Assembly (NCBI RefSeq): GCF_006345805.1
Contig: NC_042999.1
Coordinates: 139,252,001 to 139,316,000, forward strand
DNA length: 64,000 bases
Reading direction: 5' to 3'
From: Octopus sinensis
Taxonomy: Eukaryota
How positions within the stretch are numbered: position 1 is the stretch's first letter; every line of letters starts with the position of its first letter. The position numbers and the translations under genes are program-made. Below are positions 11,590 to 24,354 of this stretch, in pieces. Under the pieces are notes generated by a model. The model was not told the origin of the DNA. It worked only from the letters and a program-made list of their open reading frames with translations, and searched no databases.

Positions 11590-14500
11590 TTTGACTTTTG
11601 CTTTATGTTTGTACAAGTTGGCTCCAAGTCTCACCCAGAGACCTCAAGAGACAACAGGTTGGAAGTTCACGTCGTTGTTATGCCTAGTGTGCCATATATT
11701 TGGGGTTTTTTTGTTGTTGTACTAGTGAATAATAAATAAATTTTTAAAAAAAGGTTTGTTTTAAACCTTGAGATTACATAGAGAGTATTTTGCGTAGGAT
11801 ATGAGCAGTTCCCATGAGCACTATCATTTGAATTTCTGCCATTTTGGGGTTTCCTGGTAATGAGTTAGGTAGCAATCAGCCCCTTTCGCTATCATTCCCA
11901 GGGCACCTATGACAACAGGTATTGTTTTAGTCTTCAGGTTCCACATTTTGCTGATTTATATTTCAAGATCTTTATATTTTCCCAGTTTTTGGTAGGTCTC
12001 GACAGACACGTTTATATCGATTGGGACTGTCATATCAATGAGGAGGCATGTTCTTTGTCTGAAGTCCTTCAATATGACGTCTTGCCTGTTTGCATCTATC
12101 TTCCTGTCAGTTTGAATGGTGAAGTTCCAGAGGAGTAAGATGTGGTCATTTTCAAGCACTGGAGGTGGATTGTGTTCCCACCAGTTTTTTTCATGGGGCA
12201 AATCCAGGTTTTTGCAAATTACCCAGTGAATATATTGTGTAGCTCTATCATACCTGTTGAGGTACTCTGTAGGCGCTAGAAGACTGGTTTCATTTTGTTG
12301 TCGACATACACGACATGTTGGGCTACTGCCGTTCTTTAATATGTTGGCCTGGTAGTTTCTTGTTGGTAGGCATTGATCTTGAGCTGCTATGATAAACCTT
12401 TCTGTTTCAGATTTTAAGCCAGAAACCATTAGCCATTGATGGGTCAGGGCTTTGTCAATATTTGCATTATTCGCTCTCTTTGGGTATTTGCCATAGAGAG
12501 GTTTTTCTTGCCATTTATTATTCAGAATATCTAAGGCCGCAGTTTTGGCACGGGTTTTCATGCGCTTAGCTTTTTCTGTGCTTGTTTCTTGTATGACTAT
12601 CTCTAATTCCGAAATTTGTTGTATTCGTAATTCACTTAGATATTCCTTTGCCTGTTTTGTTACTGAGTATGATGCTTTCTTGTTTTCAAGTTTTGAGACA
12701 AGTTTTAACATCCTCAGACTTTTTCAGGTAGGTGTCTAGGACAATTGTAGCAATCTTCATTGTTATTGCCAGTTGTAAAAGACCACGGCCTCCCTCTTTT
12801 CTTGGCAGATAAAGTCGTTCTGTATCTGCCTTGGGGTGGTGCATTCTATGCATTGTCAACAGTTTTCGTATTTTTCTGTCAAGCTGACATATTTCAGTAA
12901 TTGACCAGTTAACGATATTGAAACTGTAAGTCACGACTGGTATGGCTAATGCAGTGATCGCTTCGATCCTGTTTCTTGCATTCAGCTCTGTCTTGCGTAT
13001 TGCTCTCACTCTTCGATAACATTCTCTCCTGATCCTTTCCTTCATCTCTGGATGCCTTATTCCGTCCCCTTCAATTACCCCTAGGTACTTGTAGCTCTCC
13101 GCTGGGTCTAGTTTTTTATGACATTCTGCTGGTCAATGTTAACGTTAGATGTTTCTGTAATTTTTCCTATGATAAAGGTAGCTTTTGCACATTTATCGAG
13201 GCCAAATTGCATTCTGATGTCGTCACTGAATTGTTTGACTATCGCTAGTAAGCCCTTGAGTTGTTGGTCATTTTTTGCAAAACGTTTTAAATCATCCATG
13301 TAAATGATTTGATTTATATTTTTATCAAACATTTTATACCCGTACTGCGCGTCATTGAGCAGTTTTGAGAGAGGTATTAAGGCAGAAAGTCACCCTGGAA
13401 AATGCCACATGAAATTTTTACATCACCAGCATTTAGGGATTCATTGTCACTGTTCAAAGTTAGTGTGGTTCTCCATGATCTCATACTTACAGTCAAACAT
13501 TTTCGCAGAGTAGGTGCTATCTTATAAATTTCCAGGCATTTCTTAATCCAGCTATGTGGTAGGCTATCAAAAGCCTTTTTTATAGTCTATCCAGGCTATT
13601 GATAAGTTTTTGTGTCGTTTGTGAAAATCTTCTAAGATCATCTTATTGATGAGTAGTTGATCTTTACAACCGTAGGATCCACATTTACATCCTTTCTGTT
13701 CCTTAGGGAATATGCTGCTGTCTGTTAAAAAACTATAAGTATATTCCGTCAGGACAGATGTTTGCGTTTTATACATAGTTGTTAAGCAGTTTTTTGGTTC
13801 ATTTGTTTCTTCACTTTTTGGAAGCAGGAGTATTAACCCATTAACTAGCCAAGGAGGCATCCTACTAGGGTGTTGCAAAACATCATTGTACAGTTCTGTT
13901 AGCAGTTCATGGCTCTCTGGGAAGGCATTCAGCCAGAAGTTAGGAATTTTATCCTTTCCTGGAGACTTCCATTTGCTTGACCTCCTGAGAGCAGATCTTA
14001 TATCTTCTACCTTGACACCCTCCCACTTTTGCTCTTCTAAGGAGTCCCGTTCTGTAGATATTCTGTCAATCCAGGGGGCCTTTTCGTTGTGTGTTTTTTC
14101 TTCTGCCCAAATTTTATTCCAAAATCCCTGCACTTCTTCTTTTGATGGTACAGACCTTACAGTAACTGCTGTTTTTCCTATCTTCCTGTAAAAGTTTTTG
14201 GGGTTATTTTTGAACATGTTGTCCTTGAAAAATCTAACACGCTTTTCACACCTCGCTATGCGGGCAGCTTTGGCAGATACCTTTTGTTTGATGGTTTCTA
14301 TGGTGGCATCAATATCAAGTATAGTTTTCATATTATATTTTTTCATTAATTTTGGGGTTTTTGTAGGTTTGGTAGTCTTGTGAACCTTAAGGTTTTTCAA
14401 ATATTCAATGTCAGATCTAAATAGTTTAATTTGTTGTTGCAAACGCTCTTGCCAAGAAGGCTTTTTGTGGGAATGTTGCCGTTTTCTAATCTTTACACCA

Positions 14501-15318
14501 CATAGGATCGTTGAGATTTTCGCAGATGCATAGTATAGGTGGTTGAGATTTGTAATATCAACATCATTAGCTGAAATTATATCCTTAAGTGCAAGCCGGA
14601 TTTTACCAATTATTTTCACGTTTTGGTTAGAGTTGCGGATTTTAGAGAGTGCATCGCGTTCATCCATGCTGGTTTCTTTAATTTTCAGCCATTCAATCAT
14701 GATTTGATTTTTTAGCTCATGTAGTTCTGTTGGGTCAATATTTGTGTGACTTTCTTTATCTATTTGATGTTCATTTGTGTTTATGAATGGTTCAGGGAGT
14801 ATTTCACTTTGCCTATCACTTATACTAACTCTTTCAATCCTTACTTCGTTTATATCAGCCCTGGGCTGGTCTATAATTATTTCCTCTGTATTATCCTCTC
14901 TAACTGCAGCTTCGTTCATTTTATCCGTTACTGCTTGTCTAACTTGATCAATCTCAAACTTCAGTCAGTAATTTTTTTTATAATGTTTCTTCTGACGTTG
15001 GCAAGTTTGTTACTGTCTATGTAGGGTCTTGTTTCAGGGTGTTTCTGTCTCCAGTTTAAGTATGTTTGTGCAGTGCTCGATTTATCTGTGGGGAAATATA
15101 TGGCATGGTAGAAGGCCGCAAGAACTTCTTTATTATCTTCCCTAGACCATTTTTCCTTCTTTTTCTTTTGATTATTTGGTGACGAGCATGGATGGCCATC
15201 TGTTGGAATATTCCGGTTGTGGGGTACGTCCAGCTCCTGTGTGTTGGGAAGATTTGATCCAGTAGCCGATTTTTCAATCAGAATTTGGTTCAATTTTCTG
15301 GTACGTGGTCTTTTGTAA
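11590..15318 (-). mobile_element. Near-full-length Dong/R4-like non-LTR retrotransposon (second family), frameshifted
   Basis: ORFs 13567..14919, 13108..13332 (YMDD), 12686..13045 and 11956..12711 (CRVC knuckle, IDMTVP...YKDL). (AAT)n on both sides. Confidence 0.92.
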
Positions 15319-15336
15319 TTATTATTATTATTATTA

Positions 15337-15395
<59 letters not shown>

Positions 15396-16000
15396 GAGTG
15401 AGAGAGCAGTGCATACCATCAAAGTGACACTGGGGTAAAATATACGAAGCCCAGTATACCCGTCATGACTACCCGTCTGATAAGAGTACACTAGGCACAT
15501 GCATCACAACCATATGTGCGCGACATGGTGATCTCATATCAAGATAAACAGCACATTAGCTTGCAGGTGGGGCCCAGTTAGGATTTTCTTCAGGTCAAGT
15601 AACCCATCACGCTCAAAAGGTCCCTGAATAAGGGTTGTTTAAGGATGTTGAACGAAACACCCATGTTTCCAGAGATGAATTATTCAAACCCCAACGAATC
15701 CCTCTCAAAACATGGCTATGATGCTCCCCCACTACTTCTGTTCGTGATCAGAGATTCACATATCGTCAGCAACTAAGGGACATGCTCAAGTGGTTAAGGT
15801 TAAACAACTGACAAGCAAATCTGTGGTATTGAGCAGAATATTTGCTGTAGCCCATCATTTATACCAAGACAAAACAATGTACATGATAACACTTCCAATC
15901 AGTTAAGATCAGAAGCCATGAGAGCCACTGTCTGGTATTATATTATTATTATATGTCTGGTATTATATTATCAGGGCATTTATTATTATTATTATCAGGG
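15396..16000 (-). mobile_element. ~600-bp non-coding repeat in (ATT)n; probable Dong 5' UTR or Dong-mobilised non-autonomous element
   Basis: Its terminal GAGAGCCACTGTCTGGTA...ATCAGGGCAT also caps the LINE at 11500-11540. Microsatellite on both sides. Confidence 0.55.
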
Positions 16001-16051
16001 CATTTATTTATTATTATTATTATTATTATATTATTATTATTATTATTATTA

Positions 16052-16084
<33 letters not shown>

Positions 16085-16099
16085 CATTATTATTATTAC

Positions 16100-16149
<50 letters not shown>

Positions 16150-16154
16150 GCGTT

Positions 16155-16186
<32 letters not shown>

Positions 16187-16190
16187 TATT

Positions 16191-16368
16191 GGGGGTAGAA
16201 TCGTTAGGCCGCTGGATGAAATGCCGAGCGGTATTTCGCCCGTTGCTACCTTTCTCTGTTCAAATTCTGCCAAGGCCGACTTTTTCTTTCGGGGTCGATA
16301 AATTATGTACCAGTGACTAGTCCTCTCTCTCCGAATTTCAGGCCTTGTGCCTTTAGTAGAAAGGATTA
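16191..16368 (+). mobile_element. tRNA-derived SINE
   Basis: GGTAGAATCGTTAG...GAAATGC head and TTTCGGGGTCGATAAATT core, recurring at 36370, 39480, 58200 and 58450. Confidence 0.7.
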
Positions 16369-16543
16369 TTTTTGTTATTGTTGTTGATTTCTCAAGCAGT
16401 ACTTTATGGAAGAGTATTATAACCTCACTTTGTGTTAGAGTTACTGACGGCATTATATCTTTATAATAAACATAATTTTTTTTATTGTTTCCTGAAATGT
16501 AATCTTCAATAACCCACTTTATAGTAGTGACAATTGTATTAGA

Positions 16544-16635
<92 letters not shown>

Positions 16636-17108
16636 CAGTAGTACATTTTGTGTGTGATGAAGCAGAATGAATTTTGAACTAGAAACGCATAAACAAAAAG
16701 CGAATTAAAAGAGAAAATTATTAAAGAGAAGCTAGGCAGATACTCACTTTTTACTGTTGTCATTTTTGTTGAAGAAGTTTGTAAAGGAAAGAAAAAGTAA
16801 ATTAGTTGTTACAATAAATACAAAAATTGAATTATATAAAGTACTTAGGATATTATGTTTCACATTTTCCTCCTTGAATATATCACTTAAGTTACATAAA
16901 TATAACTATAATATGATAGCGTGTATATATATATGTGCATATGTTTTTAAGTGTTTGCATATGATCCAGGCTTCTGTAGTGTATTTGTAGATTACGCACA
17001 GCCCGTATACTTGTGAATGCTATAGTATACCCTGTATAGTATTGTATAATCTGTAAATACATAACCAATATATAAATGCGCGCGCACACACACACACACA
17101 CGCACACA

Positions 17109-17150
<42 letters not shown>

Positions 17151-17294
17151 GCACGCACAAACACGTACGCACACACACACGTAAATAATATCTAGTCGGT
17201 TGGACTGATAATTGTGAGATTTTGATAATTATATCAAAATATAAATAGACACGCTCATTCACTCTAGTGCAGGAACAAGTCGGCAGATACTTAC

Positions 17295-17309
17295 TTGGCG
17301 CTGGTGGTT
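17295..17309 (-). CDS. VWA gene exon 5 (15-nt microexon): KPPAP
   Basis: ttttcatttcaattcccag|AACCACCAGCGCCAA|gtaagtat. Paralogous to the microexon at 3744-3758, including flanking intron sequence. Confidence 0.8.
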
Positions 17310-18829
17310 CTGGGAATTGAAATGAAAAGGATAGGATAAATTAGTCCCTTGTCATTAAACATTTCGTATTACATATATATGATCCTATTCGTCTATTCGA
17401 GATTATGAATATTGTAATAATTGCATAATGAATACTTGACTATGTTTCCTCAATATTTTAATAGTGATTCATGTTGTGTGAGTTATGCGTTTCAGTTACG
17501 CAGTTGCTCATCAGACTCATAAAAGTACGTCTTTACAAGAATGTCTAGTATACGATATATCACAGCTACACGAGATTTGGCAACAGACATACATTGAGTA
17601 ATATTAATAACGTTTACATTATTGAACTGCTTCGACCACCAAATTTAAATACACACATCTTTAGATATATGTGTGTGTGTGCGCGCGCGTTGCGTGTATC
17701 ACGCACACACACATACATACATTGCCAGATGAACTGTTTGGGTGAGGCGTGGCAGTTTGATATTTAAAAACTCAAAACTCTTAAGATCGCAGGAGCCTTA
17801 CTTATGATACAACCCAGAGCATACGTAGGATATATTTTAGACTTGAATTATTGGGTTAGTCAATATCAGAGAATAGACCAGACAACGAGTAATAGTTATG
17901 TATCAGTTAACAAGACAGAAATGTGGCAACCGAGGCACTGTTATGAATGGACACCGCCAAGAGGTCCCGAGATGTGAAAATAATGAGATACAGGTCACGG
18001 ATCTAATTATCATTGCTTCTCAGGATTTCGACCCATCAATATAATTTTGTGCGTAATAATTATATGTAATGCATAAAATACGTCATCTGTACCTATTGGG
18101 GAATCTACTAATTTTGATTCCAGTTTTTTTGTTTCTTTCCGAGTAAATTGAGAGTCTGCAGAGGGTTTTATTTACATGTTTATGTTGTTACTGTGCCCGA
18201 ACAAAAACTTGATTTAACTCGGGTTGCTACTGCAGAAGTGTGCTCTCCAATTCCAATTAGGCATATGATGCTATTCATTTATCAACTGTGACAGGTCAAA
18301 TGTGATTGTGTTCTGTGATTTTAAAACCGAGTACAGTTCAGGTTATCAGGAATGGGTGTACCGCATATTTTCTCATTGGTGGGAAAGGAAATGTCCGGGA
18401 CATTGTTACCTTGCGGCTCAGTATGAAATTTTACCTGAAATAACATGTCACCGGATGATATCCGAATGGATATGTATGTTTGAAAAATTCAGAAGAAATC
18501 TAGAACTGTGTCCCTTTGTGGATATTGAACGGAAAGCAAATGAAACAATAGTGCAAAGCAGTCATACTAACTGTTACATATGTGGGTGTGAGTGCCATCT
18601 AATCGTTTTTCTACTTACAGTAACGGGTAAGTTAGGAAAACAGGGTAGTGGGAAAGAGAAACGGTACAACGAACAACAACTGTAGTTACCAGTAGACGTT
18701 TCCATAATACCACAAGTCATATGACCGATTGTAGAGTTGTGGGATTTCTTTATTCGTTTTGTATTTTTATCTGTATTTGATTTAATTGTATCTGTGCGCG
18801 CGCACGTGTGTGTGAAAGTGTGTGTGTGA

Positions 18830-18914
<85 letters not shown>

Positions 18915-19026
18915 TGTGTGATAGAGAGCGGTCGACTTTGCCAATCGTCTTTTTAGGGACGATGAAGTAGGTGTCAGTTGAGACCAGGATCAAAAACTTT
19001 TGTTTTTGTGTGCCAAAACTTTGAGG

Positions 19027-19395
19027 TCATTATTATCTCCGTCTTAGCGAAGGCGGAGGTATTGTTTTCAGTCACGTTTGTTTGTTTGCTTGTCCGTGGA
19101 CAAGATATCTCAAGAACCGCTAGATGAATTGGGATGAAACTTTCAGGGATCCTTGGCCTCATGACTGGCACAAGCTAATTAGATTTTAGGATCTATCCGA
19201 TACCGGACAAAGATGGATTTTGAATTATTTTTCTTGTTATTTTTACTTAATTTTTGTGAGCGGTCCGATTCTCGTTTGTGAGAGCAGTCGAGTTTATTTC
19301 AGATATTCTCATTTAAAAAATTATCTCTAGCTAATCGTTGAGAGGATGTAGATGTTGTCTTGGCGGAGGTTTGCGCTCTCTTGGTGCTCTTGTTA
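19027..19395 (+). mobile_element. DINE-1/Helentron-type non-autonomous element
   Basis: Sub-terminal TCCG/GGCGGAGGT repeats at both ends, (TTTG)n internal repeat, and GCGCTCTC...GTGCTCTTGTT end. Confidence 0.55.
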
Positions 19396-21521
19396 TTATT
19401 TGGCTTTGCTTCATGCATGGGTATTTCTGTGGCAAAATCAGATATCTTTGTATCTGGTTTGTTGCTAAGAGAAGCAAAAGGCTTTTTGTAGTATTTACCT
19501 AGTTTAGAGGAGAATATATTTGACATTCTGAAAGAAATACAGGCTTATTACCAATTAGCTTTAAATTATATTTGTAAAACTTTTATTCATTGATATGTTT
19601 GAGACGTATACATTCAGCACATTTCCCCAAAAGAAAATTCAAAGGAAGTAAAATGAGATTTCCATACATACATATTTGCATAAATTCAAACATTCGCACT
19701 GTAACATACAAGATGCAATCACTAAACATTTTAATAAACTACTTTGCTAGCGTAACCAGCCAGAAAAGACTACTACACATAGTTCTTTAGTAAAAAGAAA
19801 AATGGGAATGCTATGCTCTGAATAATGGTGATTTCTTCTTCGAGAAAGTCATCAACAAAAGGGTAAGGAAGAAATTGGCATAGCTCTGTGCCTCCAAAAG
19901 AAAAATCTTATATATACTTAATAAAGCATAGTAAGAAAAGGCTCTGGTTAGTGTGCGGAACGATGCCGACTGAAACGACAAGATTAGATCGTATGATAGC
20001 TTGTCTCTGGTCTTTACAACCGAGGTCGGGATGAGGCAATACTCCTAACACGTCCGATAGACGTGTGTTGCAAAGTAAGGGAGACAATATTCATGGGCCA
20101 CGGCTAAGGACAATGGTCGACCACTTTTGCGGTACATGACACGAAATAAAATGTTATTGGAATGGGGCTCTATAAGACCTACTAAACCACAATGACTTTT
20201 AAGAAACCTTCTAAAGCGACAAAGCTATTCCAAACTTGTAACTCAGTGTCATAACAGAAAGAAATTAAGTTTTATTAATCGTTCACGACAGATAACTCTG
20301 CATGGTATACGTATAGGAGCTTCCTGTTCTGGGTAGCTTAAATGTAGATGAAAAAAGAAAGCGGTATTTATTAGCAACGACGGTAATATTAACACCAGGC
20401 ACCTGAACTCCTATATTCAGATCACCATCGGACATAGTTGGGAGAGTAAATAAAGATGGCCTTATCCACAGTACCAGAAGCCAATGGCCACGAAGCCGAA
20501 ATGTTTCTCCTTCCAGAAATACAAGTTCATTTTTGTATGACGATAAGACAGAAATTGCAGCAGGCTGGAAGGACAAATTTTTGAGAGCAAATGCAAAAAC
20601 AATGAAGTTACTCCCCAGCCTATCCTCTTTATCAGCTGTAGCTAATGTCAGAGAAGCGGGACACCGAGCAGAAGAAATGTCTTTCTTTCTGGTACACACT
20701 TAGTCTTTCCTGCGCTTTCAAGCAATCGTCTTAAGACTATGTGATAAAATGGAACATAAGATCAACTAGAAACTACTGGAGGCCAAAACTCAGCCCCAAA
20801 ACAGTCGACAAAATTTAGAGACCAGTACGTTCGACTTCCAGCAAATATTCACACACATAACATAGAAAAAAATCGCTGGACGCTTGAATTTCGCTATACA
20901 TCAGGTGTCTTGGATACGAAACGTTGTATCACAATCAGTACTGGCTATAATTTCTATAAAAAATCTATAGGGATAAACTTAACAAGTGATGTAAGAATAC
21001 TGCTATCACAGTAGAACATGGTATTGACTTATAAAAATGTTTAATATACTTGGAGTATATTATGGTTGCATAACCGAATACTGTGTTTCCTAGAAATCAT
21101 TAAAATTTCGAAACTGTCGGCAAAAAGAACCTAAAGCTGACGTAGCACCTAAACATGTAAGTCGAAAATATAGTACTGTTGGGGTAGGGAAAGGGATTCC
21201 TTCACAGACACCATAAATATTGACTGTTGTTGAAGACAACAGCTACACTTTATCAACGAATAAAAGCCCTCTTTCTCGTTGATGTGGGAAATTAGGCTCT
21301 TTGCCTTACGGTTGCCTTTAAGAGACTGAAAGTAAAAACCCACACTCCAGGTGGTTTGATTTTTGTATATAATAGCAATGTCATGACTGAAAAGTTGATA
21401 GACACTCATGATTGATGAATGGCTTTAGACGGACAGGCAAACAAACAGCAGACAGATAGATGAAATATAGATACTTAAATAGATAAATAGATAGGTAGAC
21501 AAAGTAAATACAGTTACTTAC

Positions 21522-21557
21522 TTTTTCCTGGCTTTATCGGAAAAATATCTGGTTTTT
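21522..21557 (-). CDS. VWA gene exon 4 (36 nt): KKPDIFPIKPGK
   Basis: Acceptor tttcatttctctacttttatcttgacag and donor gtaagtaa. Length 3n, open in phase 1, Lys/Pro-rich like neighbouring exons. Confidence 0.72.
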
Positions 21558-22433
21558 CTGTCAAGATAAAAGTAGAGAAATGAAAATGTTATTTAGACAT
21601 TTCCTTAAAATATTTTTCATTACTAATCAATATTGTTTTAAGATCAGGAGAAAATCCTTGTTTTTAAATCAGCGAGTTGTTAGAAAATTTCAGACTCATT
21701 TAGCTTACAATGAGCATAAAGTGTTCAACATAAATGGCATTGTACGTGAATTGAGATTTGCTCGTAAACTCGCTTTACTGAAATTATCTGTTCTAAGATT
21801 AATCATGCATTTAAGAATTTAACTTAGACAACAATAAATTGAAAACCATAAAGCCATATTATGAAATTTAAGCCATTTGAGTTGAATATAACTAGCCAGT
21901 CGTCTTTATTCACGTTTAACTTCACGCACAGAATTATCTGACTACCTGTGCGTACAACGCAATTTCTCTATCTAACATATACTCACACACGCGTATGTAT
22001 AAAGATAAGTTGCGTGCAAATATTTAATGGCAGTTGCTATTAAATATTTGCATATCTACTCTTAAATATATGCTTGCGAATATATCTACTTCTAAATATA
22101 TACTTGCAAGTACATCTTTTTTTTTTTTAGAAAATAAACATTTCAGGCCAAATGTTTTTGGTTGTATTACCATATCATTAAAGTGTTATGTAAGAGTGCA
22201 GAATTACTAAAGCGTGCACCGAGGAATTCCTTACGTAGGTCCTGTGACGAAAGTGCACAACTGCAGATGGCATGCGGTAACCGTAAGTGGTGAACATGCT
22301 CTCAAGGCACACAACTGAGGACATAAACAAAACAAGGCATGGATACTACATTTTAAAGTCGCGTATCTAAACTTTAACTTTGGATATAATTTGCTTACAT
22401 CCATCCATACATATAAATATACATGTGTGTGTG

Positions 22434-22478
<45 letters not shown>

Positions 22479-23242
22479 AAATAAGGATTCATATGGAATC
22501 AGGCACTTGAAAAGATATGCACTAGGTAGGGTTGAATAAATTTGTGGTTCTGGCCTCTGGTTGGTAAGTATCAAATAAGATATTTCGGTTGTGAACTCAG
22601 AGAAAAACAGCCCTATAAGTATTTATCACCTAGGAGCCAGTCCAAAGCATGAATAGTACGTTGTTGGTATAATCTAGGATGTCCGACAAGTCGTAAATCC
22701 CCTGGGTGTATTATAATCAAATGAATAATAACAGACGATGGATAACTGTCACCTCATTACAACTGTTTCTTACGCATTTTTAATAGAAGTATGAAAACAT
22801 TACTTCATTTAAAAAAACTGCAATCATCAGAGGAAACTTAATTTTACAAGCAAAATAATATCCCAAGAATACAGCAGGGACGTGGCTAAAGTCTATCGAG
22901 GCTATGAAATGGAAGAATGGCCAACAAAATTTCCTGTTGTTGACATTAGGGGATGGAGTTGGGTTCATAATACACAATGCAATCTATGTTCTTAACCTAA
23001 CCCCAACCCCTACCTTCAACGGCCAATTTTGTTTGTCATTCTCCCATTTCATAGTCAACCTCGACAGACTTCAATTACTTGCCTGCTGTATTCTTGGACT
23101 ATTCTTTTATTTGCAAAGTTACGTTTCATATGATGATTACGGTTTATTATAATGAAGTAATGGTCTATTTTTCTAGTAAAATATGCGCAAGAAACATCTG
23201 TAAAGAGCTGACAATTATCCCTCGTCTGTTATTATTCATTTG

Positions 23243-23274
<32 letters not shown>

Positions 23275-23276
23275 CA

Positions 23277-23310
<34 letters not shown>

Positions 23311-24270
23311 CATACATACATACGTACATACATACATACGTACATACATATATACATACATATATATGTCACTGAACACAATTACTAAACAGACAACATA
23401 AAGAGTTCTACTATTGCGTTTTAAAATTATTTAAGACCTTTAGATTTTAGTACAAATCTCAGTGCATTAAAAATAAGTACCTCTGTATATTCCTTTTACA
23501 CATTACTTTCCCTGAAACATAGTTCGGTTATGGTATAAGCTGAAATAAACTAGTATATTTAACTTATTTTATTCTTCTGTCTCAACCCATCATATAGCGG
23601 CCGCTTATATTTTCACTCTTCACCTAACTTATAATTTATATAATACCTATATTTAAGTTAAACACTTGTTAAATTAAATGTATGTACTTACTTTATTTAA
23701 TTTATTTATTCAACCTATTTATTTATCGTCATTTTATTTTATCATATGCTATACTTCACTCTATTCGAATCTAGTGGTGACTTGAGGTTTTATTTATTTC
23801 CACTTTCAATAATATTTTTATAGATGACACTGTTATAACCATTTGATCTCTTTACTCCTCTACCATATTACCTCCAATCTATTATTCAGCATAATTCCTT
23901 CTCCAACTTACACCAAGCCAAAATCACTACGTTAAACTGTTATGGTCTAACCCTCAAACGCAACGTACTTCCTTTCACTATGTGATAACTCTAACCTACA
24001 CTTGACTTTGCCTATACATTAGAATTCTTGTCAGTTTACATATGGTCTTCTTCATACCTTATCATTGAAACTCTCATTCCTTACTTATTTCAGTATCACT
24101 AAACTTTTATATGAAAGTGAATATATTGGTGCGTATGTGTTGCATGTCTATATGTGTGTGTAGGTGTACGTGTAAAGTATATATGTATGTGTAGGTGTAG
24201 ATTTATATATATATATATTATATATATATATTATATATATATATATTATATATATATATATATATTATAT

Positions 24271-24314
<44 letters not shown>

Positions 24315-24354
24315 TAGATGAGAAAGTTGGTTTGTGAAAGGACGTGGTTGAATA

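Noticed and set aside
10772-11725. 317-aa plus-strand ORF and other ORFs antisense to LINE, Penelope and mariner coding regions
   Set aside because: These are shadow frames of transposon ORFs on the opposite strand.
15900-16000. HDV-like ribozyme at the putative Dong 5' end
   Set aside because: I could not assemble the nested double pseudoknot by eye; this needs a covariance-model search.
18302-18685. 127-aa plus-strand ORF
   Set aside because: No recognisable motif, a non-ATG start, and it is antisense within an intron.
20283-20699. 138-aa minus-strand ORF
   Set aside because: No splice or domain support as a host exon. At most a faint resemblance to a decayed RTE endonuclease, too weak to call.
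20885-20935. Hammerhead-like GAAACGTT with flanking stem
   Set aside because: No recognisable 7-nt core upstream.
21709-21777. 69-nt candidate exon with AG/GT borders
   Set aside because: It has an in-frame TGA in phase 1 and a weak polypyrimidine tract.
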